Origin: an uncultured bacterium
GTDB taxonomy: Bacteria; Acidobacteriota; Thermoanaerobaculia; Multivoradales; JAHZIX01
Direction: 5' to 3'
NCBI GenBank assembly: GCA_965368975.1
Contig: CBDUPA010000012.1
Location: 83,540 to 147,539, forward strand
Length of the DNA stretch: 64,000 bases
A program made the position numbers and the translations under genes. Below are positions 48,331-55,967 of this stretch, one piece after another; position 1 is the first letter of the stretch; the number at the start of each line of letters is the position of its first letter. The notes under the pieces are model-generated. The model did not search any database. It was not told the DNA's origin and worked only from the letters and a program-made list of their open reading frames with translations.

Positions 48331-51300
48331 TGTTGCCTGGCAGGTGATCTGGCAGGCCATTGCCGGCGTCTTGGTCTGGCTCGATAGCCAGTCGCTCTAT
48401 GTGATCCTCGGCTGTGTGGGCGGCCTGCTGAGCTTTGTCTATGGTTTGGCATATGGCCTGCAATGGCGGCTCGTCAAGTTTCTCGAGCCGCGACCGGAAC
48501 AGACAGCGCCGCTGGGACGTTGGGAGGCCATGTCTTCCCTCTTGGCACCGGTGACGGTCGTATTCTTCGTGCTGGAGGGCATCACCCGCTCGCTGCATCG
48601 CCGGGTGCGAGGTTCGAAGGAACCAGACTGGAAGGTCAAGCACTCGAGTTCCGCCAAGAACCATGGCAAGCCGATCTTGATCGCGACCTTGGGGCCGACC
48701 TTTCTGCTCGCCGGTGTCTTCACTGCTGTGGTCTACTGGTTGGCCCGTCTCGGCGAGCCTCTGTTCGCCGAAGCGTTCTCTCATGCGGGTCCATATCCTT
48801 TCTGGGAGTCCAAGCTGCTCAGTGCCTTGTTGGTCCTCGAAGCTCCGCCAGACATCTTCCCGTTGGCGAGCCATCCCAAGGTATCGCTGGTCCTGAGCTT
48901 GCTCTTCTGGACAGCTCTCTGGTGGACGTGCGGCAATCTGCTGCGAGGCTTCGTCTATCGAACCGACTTGCAGCGCAACCTGGCGGGCCGCCGCGATACA
49001 GCCTTGCCGCTGTGGACCTCCTGGTTCGGGGTCAAGAAGCTGACCGAGGCCGGTGAGGCCTACCGGGGTTGGGCCGCCTGGCTGGTGACGGCGGTCATCC
49101 TGCTGACCGTCGGTGCTGGCATGACGCTGAACCCGGCTCCCGGCTCTACCACTGCCGGTGTTGTTGATGGCCTGGAGCCAGCAGTCCAGGTTTCGCCGTC
49201 CGCGCTCGCCGTCGCCTTGATCCTCGCCTTGTCTTGGGTGCTGCACCTGCACCTCAAAGGCAAGCATTTTGAGCCGGAGCCCAAGTCCCGAAGGGAAGCG
49301 ATCGTGCCGTCGGAAGGCCTGCCGGGATGGCAGCGTGTCGTGGCCAAGTTGGAGGAACGGTATCGCCTGACGCCGCCGGAGTTTCGCGGCGAGCGACCGT
49401 TGCTGGCCCCCGCGTTCACCGTACCTACAACGGCTCTCCAGGTGCTCTCGCCCCTGGTTCCTGAACTCCTGCAGGAGCCGGAGCAGAGTCCGGAAATCCG
49501 GCAGACACCGCCGCTGAACGTGATGCAGGCGAAGGTGCTCGAAAGTCTTTCGCTGTTTGGCTATGTCCACCTGCAGCCCCCCACCACCGGCGATGTCCTG
49601 GAACTTTCGAGTAGTGGTCCAGGAGCGGTCGAGGACCGTAGTGGGTTATCTGAGCGCCACCAGATCGTGCTGGCCCCCGAGGGCAGTGGCAAGACGACTC
49701 TGGCCATACTCGCCGCCGCCAACAATACCCTCGTGCATGCCCGAGCGACGCTGCTGATCACGCGGTCGGGGGAACAAGCGGACGAACTCCAGCTCAAGTT
49801 CCAGGAGGTCGTCGAGCCCTCCACGGTGCGCTGGAACCTGCGGTTTCGCCGCATGGGCCAAGACTTCGCGTCAGACCTCAGTCGCGACATCGTGCCCGAC
49901 ATCGTGATCTCGAGCCTGCACGAACTCACCACCGGCATGCTCGACAACGCGGAGGTCTATGCCGACTTCCTGCGCAACGTCGGGCTCGTGGTAGTGGACG
50001 ATGTAGAGTCCTTCGCCGGAGCCGTCGAGATTCACGCCCAGCTGGCCTTCCGCCGTCTCCGCCTGCTCTTCCGGCAAGTTTCCGAGGTCGAACAGCTCGG
50101 TGAGGCCAACGCACCGTTGATGCTGATCCTGGGCGTCGATTCGATGAAAGAAATGGCTGCCTGGGCCAAGAGTCTGTGCGGTGTCCAGGCCGTGGTGCGG
50201 AACTTTCCCGCCGCCATGGCGGAGACCGACCAGTCGAAAGACAGCGCATCAGAGGGCAGTCCATCAGGGGACAGGTCATCAGGGGACAGTACATCAGGGG
50301 ATAGAGCCTCCGAGGAGGGCGCGCGACAGCAGAAATGGCTTCCGTTCAGCGCCCTGCAAAGCCACCAGGGGCGGCAACTGACCGTGCCGGAGGTCGTCGC
50401 CGCCTGTGAAGCCGCTGGCGTGCCCTGGTGCTATCGACCCTGCGGTGACGGTCGTCGGCATCGAGGCCGTGGTCCGCTACTCCTGGAGCAGGAGCCCGAG
50501 CACGCCACGGCATCGCCACGGGATGCCTGTGTGATCTTCTTGGATGGTCGATGGAGCGAGGTACGCAGAGAGCTGCAGCGGAGTCCGTGGGCCGGGTACC
50601 AATCGAGACGGCAAGAGGTCATCTTCCTCGTCCTGGTCGATCCCGAGGAGGCGCTGGCCTGCGGCGAACTCGACCCGGACCTGGGTTTCGAGGCCTCGCA
50701 CGATCACGTGCGTCCAGACTTGGCGGAGGAACTCGTGACCTTGCCGCTGCCGGTCGTGCGCCCGCCATCGAGCCACGTCTTGCAGTCTCACCTGCTCTCC
50801 GATCTCGTGCAGAGTTGGTTCGAAGTCAAGGACCTGGTGGATACCTTCGAAGTCCCCGTGGCGCATCGTCTACGCTATTTGCAGTCGCAGGGCATGTTGC
50901 TGATGGAGGAGCGAAGCGACGTCCAGGCCGCACTGAAGGAGTACGAAGCCAAAGTTTACGTACGTGCCCTTGCAGCCTCCCTGGCCATCGACGAGGCCGG
51001 AGGCAGCGCCAACGACGGCATCATCGAGTATCCGCCCCTGGACAAGGTGCGACAAGTCGAGCTGGTGGCCAGGTCGGCGGTGACGATCCGCAATCGAGCC
51101 GATCACACGCTGCTGCGCACGGTCGAGGCCGATAGCGCGGCCTGGATCTACTACCCGGGGCGCATCTTCGAGGACTCTCGCGGCCGCTTCGTCGTGGTCG
51201 GCCGAGTCCGTCGAGGAGATCGACTGGGTGCCATCGAGGTCGAGCCCGTATTGCACGACAACTTTTCCAGTCCACGGCGTTGGTTCGAGCGCATCGAGCC

Positions 51301-52258
51301 GGAGACCTCGAGCCGAGAGAAACTCTCCGTCGCCGCCGACTCCGACTCGTCGGCGCACTGCGAGGCGCACGGCTATGCTCTGTATGAAAAGGAACCGGTT
51401 CTGCTGGGGCGGCACAGCATCGAACTCGGCCTGGTCGCGATCGAACTGAAGCTACATTCGTTGGCGGTCTTCCGACTCGACAGGTCGACCTTCGAGGTGC
51501 GCGCGCGGGAGATTCACGCGCAGCGAGCGCAGAGCGAGTTTCCGCCGGCAGAACTGCAGACAATCGCGGTCTCGTTGCACCCCAATCCCCAGGAATCGAG
51601 CCCATCTGCTCCGAAGCTGCACCTGGCGGCAGCGCGCTTGCTCACCGCGCTGTTGCGCTTTGTGCTGCCGCTGATCTATCGCAACGTCCAGGATCGCTTG
51701 GAGGTCGCGTTGATCTTCCCGGGGGAGGACGGCGACAAGAGGTTCACAGCACCGTGGGATTCGGAGCTGGAGTCCGAGGCGGCCCTCTACCTCTTCGACC
51801 TGCACCAGGGGGGAGATGGCACTGCGCGGGCTCTGTACCGGGATGGCGTCGAGCTACCGCTGCGCTTCTGCCGACACTTCCTGGCCACGGACGTGGACGT
51901 GGAGCGGATCTTCCGGCTCCATGGGCACGAGAGTAGCTTGCAGGAGGTCAAGGTAACCCATGGAGGTCCCGAGGCGGTTGGGAACGATGCTGAGCCAGAG
52001 GACGAGATACTGGAAGCGTGGCCTTGGCAAGAGATCCGTGCTGGGTTGCTGGCCTGGTTGGATAGTCGTCTTCATCCGGAGTCCGTCTCCTGGGCCGAGG
52101 CCGAAGCGTCGGCTGCTGAGGAGGTTACGGAGGATACTGAACTAGAGGCAGAAGACCTGGAGGCAAGTGCCCCGGGCGATCACGCACAGACCGCTGAAAG
52201 TTCCACCGTCGAAGAAGCCACCGCCGAAGAGTCCACTGCTGAGACGGAAGAGGCTTGA
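48311..52258 (+). CDS. 1315-aa polytopic membrane protein (about 7 TM) fused to an SF2-helicase-like P-loop ATPase and an acidic C-terminus
   Basis: N-terminal TM helices; Walker A LAPEGSGKTT; Walker B VVVDDVESF; 20-nt overlap with the upstream gene. Confidence 0.55.
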   Translation: MDPTWIDVAWQVIWQAIAGVLVWLDSQSLYVILGCVGGLLSFVYGLAYGLQWRLVKFLEPRPEQTAPLGRWEAMSSLLAPVTVVFFVLEGITRSLHRRVRGSKEPDWKVKHSSSAKNHGKPILIATLGPTFLLAGVFTAVVYWLARLGEPLFAEAFSHAGPYPFWESKLLSALLVLEAPPDIFPLASHPKVSLVLSLLFWTALWWTCGNLLRGFVYRTDLQRNLAGRRDTALPLWTSWFGVKKLTEAGEAYRGWAAWLVTAVILLTVGAGMTLNPAPGSTTAGVVDGLEPAVQVSPSALAVALILALSWVLHLHLKGKHFEPEPKSRREAIVPSEGLPGWQRVVAKLEERYRLTPPEFRGERPLLAPAFTVPTTALQVLSPLVPELLQEPEQSPEIRQTPPLNVMQAKVLESLSLFGYVHLQPPTTGDVLELSSSGPGAVEDRSGLSERHQIVLAPEGSGKTTLAILAAANNTLVHARATLLITRSGEQADELQLKFQEVVEPSTVRWNLRFRRMGQDFASDLSRDIVPDIVISSLHELTTGMLDNAEVYADFLRNVGLVVVDDVESFAGAVEIHAQLAFRRLRLLFRQVSEVEQLGEANAPLMLILGVDSMKEMAAWAKSLCGVQAVVRNFPAAMAETDQSKDSASEGSPSGDRSSGDSTSGDRASEEGARQQKWLPFSALQSHQGRQLTVPEVVAACEAAGVPWCYRPCGDGRRHRGRGPLLLEQEPEHATASPRDACVIFLDGRWSEVRRELQRSPWAGYQSRRQEVIFLVLVDPEEALACGELDPDLGFEASHDHVRPDLAEELVTLPLPVVRPPSSHVLQSHLLSDLVQSWFEVKDLVDTFEVPVAHRLRYLQSQGMLLMEERSDVQAALKEYEAKVYVRALAASLAIDEAGGSANDGIIEYPPLDKVRQVELVARSAVTIRNRADHTLLRTVEADSAAWIYYPGRIFEDSRGRFVVVGRVRRGDRLGAIEVEPVLHDNFSSPRRWFERIEPETSSREKLSVAADSDSSAHCEAHGYALYEKEPVLLGRHSIELGLVAIELKLHSLAVFRLDRSTFEVRAREIHAQRAQSEFPPAELQTIAVSLHPNPQESSPSAPKLHLAAARLLTALLRFVLPLIYRNVQDRLEVALIFPGEDGDKRFTAPWDSELESEAALYLFDLHQGGDGTARALYRDGVELPLRFCRHFLATDVDVERIFRLHGHESSLQEVKVTHGGPEAVGNDAEPEDEILEAWPWQEIRAGLLAWLDSRLHPESVSWAEAEASAAEEVTEDTELEAEDLEASAPGDHAQTAESSTVEEATAEESTAETEEA

Positions 52259-52262
52259 AGAG

Positions 52263-53084
52263 TCAAGAATGCGGACGCAAGTGGAACTCGTTCAAAGAGT
52301 AGTTCGCAATCGGAACCTCGAGGTAATCGTTTTCGTACAAGTGTTTGCGTAGGAGTCTTGAGAGTGCTTCTGGCGAGTCGATGTTGATCTTCTCCAAGAC
52401 AGCGACGAGCATTACATTCCTTTGTTCCCGTGTTTTATCGGCACCTTTTCTTGAGCAGTCGGGATCCTTAAAGCGCCCGAGGTTTACGGAATACAGTTTC
52501 CTGCCGCCAGACAGGTCGGCAATGGTGCGTACCCAAGAGATCAGCTGGTCCGCTCTGGAGCGCGCGCGCTCTTCTTCCAGATGGTGGATGGCCGCGATCT
52601 CACAGGAGGCCATGCCAATGGCAATAATGTCGGTGGCCTGTTCAACACTCGCTTGTAGTCCGGTAGAATTCAGGAACGCAAAGACATCTGCTTCTTTATT
52701 TCCAGCATTCATGATGACATCAGCCCGCCCGATGGGCCAGTAGTGTTCGCGGTCCAGAATGGCGATGTCCATCCAAACTTCCTCACCATTGGGGCCGTTC
52801 GCCTGGACGCGTCTTGTGTCCGTTCCCTCAGTAGGAAGATGTCCTGGTTCAAAACAAGGAGAGGGACAGGGACGTGGAAGCTCAGGGCCGTCGATATCGG
52901 GAGGATCATCGCTGCCAACATCGTTATCTAGAAGATCATTGATAACCACTGGAGGGTCTTGGGGTCCGGCTGCAAACTGGCTGCTGTACTTTTCTAGGTA
53001 AGGCTCGACTGTTACAGACAGGACCAGTGAGAAGAAGGCGCTTACAGAGGCCCATAATAGATCCTTCTTTGTAAAGAAACTCAT
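52263..53084 (-). CDS. hypothetical membrane-anchored protein in a lower-GC islet
   Basis: N-terminal TM/signal LLWASVSAFFSLVLSVTV; local GC visibly lower (~50%) than the flanks. Confidence 0.35.
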   Translation of the reverse strand: MSFFTKKDLLWASVSAFFSLVLSVTVEPYLEKYSSQFAAGPQDPPVVINDLLDNDVGSDDPPDIDGPELPRPCPSPCFEPGHLPTEGTDTRRVQANGPNGEEVWMDIAILDREHYWPIGRADVIMNAGNKEADVFAFLNSTGLQASVEQATDIIAIGMASCEIAAIHHLEEERARSRADQLISWVRTIADLSGGRKLYSVNLGRFKDPDCSRKGADKTREQRNVMLVAVLEKINIDSPEALSRLLRKHLYENDYLEVPIANYSLNEFHLRPHS

Positions 53085-53094
53085 TATCTGATTC

Positions 53095-53649
53095 CTATGA
53101 AATGACGGTGATAAGTCCAACCAGTAGGCCACCAACACCGACGAACAAGCTGGCAGAGGAAATCCATTTTTCACGCTTGCGCTGTGCAGATTGCTCTTGC
53201 ATCTGTTGTTTTAGATGCTGTGTTAGGGGCTGCAAGAGATGGTTATTGCTCGGCAGATTCTCGTCCAGACGTTTGAGGTGTAATTGAATGTCTTTGGGCA
53301 ATCCTTGAAACGGCTCTTCTGACTCCAGCTGTTTTAGGAAATCTTCGATTCTGTCTAGGAAGGTCGAAGGAGTCTCATCCATCTCACCTGTGATCACTCT
53401 GCTGAGAAGACTCTCGAGGGAGTGCTTGAGGCCGACGGTATTAACGTCATGTGTCCGGGCAAGGCTTCGAACTCGAGACCAGGTCACATCTTCGTGACTC
53501 AATGCTTTGGTGAGATCTTCTCTGAAGTTTGCCAACTCTTTGGGGCGTTCGTTGCGTTCCTTCACTTCTGAGAGAAAAGCGACCATACCAACAGAACTGC
53601 CGATAGCAGTCCCGAGCAAGACGAGAATTAGGATATAGGTAATTTCCAT
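53095..53649 (-). CDS. hypothetical small membrane protein (N- and C-terminal TM helices) in a lower-GC islet
   Basis: ITYILILVLLGTAIGSSVGMVAFL and LFVGVGGLLVGLITVIS hydrophobic ends; 10-nt gap to the downstream gene. Confidence 0.35.
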   Translation of the reverse strand: MEITYILILVLLGTAIGSSVGMVAFLSEVKERNERPKELANFREDLTKALSHEDVTWSRVRSLARTHDVNTVGLKHSLESLLSRVITGEMDETPSTFLDRIEDFLKQLESEEPFQGLPKDIQLHLKRLDENLPSNNHLLQPLTQHLKQQMQEQSAQRKREKWISSASLFVGVGGLLVGLITVIS

Positions 53650-53801
53650 AGATCTGTAGATTTCTGTGCTGGATTTCCGGGAATGGCTCCACTAAGAAGA
53701 AACGCGAGAACACGTCGATTCCCGGACCAACGGCTGTACTCAATCTCGGCGGAAAAATTCAGCTTGGCTTTCTGAGTGGCTTAGATCATGAAGACGGGCC
53801 C

Positions 53802-55967
53802 TCAAACCCGCGACGCCACCCACTCGCTGATCCTCCCGTGCGCAGTCACCAGCGCCGACTTGCGGGCACGCGTCAGCGCGACGTAGAGGAGGGCGCGTTC
53901 CATGAGTTCGGTTTCGCGCTGGATGGCTCGGTCTTTGGAGTAGCGCACGCGGGTGCGCCAGGGCATGTTGTCGTCGCTCAGGCCGGCGACGATCATGTGG
54001 TCGTACTCTAGGCCTTTGACGCGGTGCATGGTGGCGACGCGTAGGCCGGGTTTGTCGGCGTCGTCGCTGGTGTCGCGGCCCAGACGCAGGGTGGGGACGC
54101 CTCGGTCTTCTAGGGCTTCGGCGTAGCGGTCGGCGAGGGCGTTGGTGCGGGCGACGAGGCAGGCGTGGGTGGTCTCGCGGTCGGTGAGCCATTGGGCGAT
54201 GGCTTCGACTTCGTCGTCGAAGGTGGGTAGTTCGAGGGTTTGGGGGACCGCGCCGTGGGTGAGGGAGCGGTAGCCTTGACGCGAGTCGGCGGTGCCGTCG
54301 AGGTCGTCGAATTCTTGGTTCTCGAGCACGGCGACGGCGTAGCGGCGGATTTCGTCGGTGGTGCGGTAGTTGATGCGCAGGCGGCGGCCGCGACCGCGGA
54401 TGTTGACGCCAGCGTGGGAGAGCACGACGCGCTTACGGTAGATGCGCTGGTGGCCATCGCCGACCAGGAAGAGGTCGTCCGGCTTTTCGGGGACGGCGGC
54501 GCGCAGCAGGCGGAAGGCGTTGGTGCTCATGTCTTGCGCTTCGTCGACGACGATGGAGCGTAGCGCCAGCTGTACGCGGCCGGCTTCGAGCAGCACGCAG
54601 GCGTCGAGCAGGGCGTCTTCGGGTTCGCGCAGGCCGTGCTTGTCGAGCTGGTGGCGGTATTCTTCGAATACCGGCCAGATCGCCTTGCGCTGGGCGCGAC
54701 TGAGGCGCTCACCGCGACCGGCGCGGCTGGCTCGCTTGTAGTCTTTCCAGCTCTGGCAGCCTTGCGCCTGCACCACGGCTTCCCACTCGTCGCGGTAGAA
54801 GGACTCGGAGACTTCGAGGTGGGTTGCGGGATCGGATGCGCTGCTGGGCGCCAGCGTGAGGGCGGAGTCCCAGGAGTCCTTCAGCGGGCCACGGCTCGGA
54901 TCCCAGTACTTGATCCGGTATTCGTAGCCGGCGCGCAGCAGCAGGTCACGCACCCATTTGTCGATGTTGACGACATCGATGCGTCGCAGCGCTTCGGGTG
55001 GGCACAGGCGCGCCAGGTTGGCGCGGATGTCGTTGGCCAGGTTCTTGGTGAAGGTGGTGAAGAGGATGCGATCGCCGGGGGCGACGAAGACGTTCTGCGC
55101 CAGGTAGGCGGCGCGATGCATGGCGACGACGGTCTTGCCGGTACCGGCGCCGCCGAGCACGCGCACGGGACCGTTCCAGCTACGCTCGACCAGTTTGCGC
55201 TGGCTCGGGTGCAGGAAGGTGCGCCACTTTTCGAGCGGCGCGTCGAGCATCGCCTGCAGGCTGGCGTCGTCCTCGACGACCACGAAACGCCGCTTGGTGG
55301 CGTCGCGTTCGAGGGCGCGGTCGATGTCCGAGGTGTCGATGTCGGGCTCGGCGGACACCGCCATGGCCTGTTCGACTTCTTCCAGCGACTCGCCCTCGCT
55401 GAGCCAGTAGAGGGCTTCGAAAGCCTCGGGCGGCAGCTGCGCGGAAAGGGCCTCCAGTTCGTGGGCCCTGCGCAGCGCGCGCACCTCGTCGAGCTGGGGC
55501 TCGGGGACGCCGAGGCGCAGGAGTTCGCGGTCGCGGATGGCGTCGAAGAGGCGCGTTTCGACGGTGCCGGCACTTGCTGCCGGCGTCTCTGCCCCGTCCC
55601 GGGGCGACGCCGTCGCTTGGCGGCTGAAGACCTGCAGGGCGCCGGTTTCCGGGTGCACCGAGACGCTCTTGTGCTCGGCCCAGCGCATGGCTTTGTCGTG
55701 GTGGTCGATCCACAACAGCAGGTAGGTGTTGCCCTTCTCGGGCTGACGTACGATGGCTCGGTACTCCAGGTCGATGCGCACGGTGCGTAGACGCGGATCG
55801 GAGAAGGTGCTGATGGGCTCGTAGTTGATGCTGGACTGCGTGGGGTCCTGACGGAATTTGCGCAGGAACTTGCTCACCTTCTTCTGCTGTGCGCGCGGGA
55901 TGAGCGCGAAGGCATCGAAGAATTCCTCGTAGATCGCGACTTTGAAGGTTTGCTCGTAGGCCATCAC
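53802..55967 (-). CDS. UvrD/REP-family (SF1) helicase with N-terminal RelE/ParE-like domain
   Basis: Walker A VLGGAGTGKTVVAMHRAAYL; SF1 motifs; N-terminal 100 aa follow a RelE/ParE pattern (...RTVRIDLEYRAIVRQPEKGNTYLLLWIDHHDKAMRW); GTGATGA overlap with the upstream giant gene. Confidence 0.75.
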   Translation of the reverse strand: MMAYEQTFKVAIYEEFFDAFALIPRAQQKKVSKFLRKFRQDPTQSSINYEPISTFSDPRLRTVRIDLEYRAIVRQPEKGNTYLLLWIDHHDKAMRWAEHKSVSVHPETGALQVFSRQATASPRDGAETPAASAGTVETRLFDAIRDRELLRLGVPEPQLDEVRALRRAHELEALSAQLPPEAFEALYWLSEGESLEEVEQAMAVSAEPDIDTSDIDRALERDATKRRFVVVEDDASLQAMLDAPLEKWRTFLHPSQRKLVERSWNGPVRVLGGAGTGKTVVAMHRAAYLAQNVFVAPGDRILFTTFTKNLANDIRANLARLCPPEALRRIDVVNIDKWVRDLLLRAGYEYRIKYWDPSRGPLKDSWDSALTLAPSSASDPATHLEVSESFYRDEWEAVVQAQGCQSWKDYKRASRAGRGERLSRAQRKAIWPVFEEYRHQLDKHGLREPEDALLDACVLLEAGRVQLALRSIVVDEAQDMSTNAFRLLRAAVPEKPDDLFLVGDGHQRIYRKRVVLSHAGVNIRGRGRRLRINYRTTDEIRRYAVAVLENQEFDDLDGTADSRQGYRSLTHGAVPQTLELPTFDDEVEAIAQWLTDRETTHACLVARTNALADRYAEALEDRGVPTLRLGRDTSDDADKPGLRVATMHRVKGLEYDHMIVAGLSDDNMPWRTRVRYSKDRAIQRETELMERALLYVALTRARKSALVTAHGRISEWVASRV

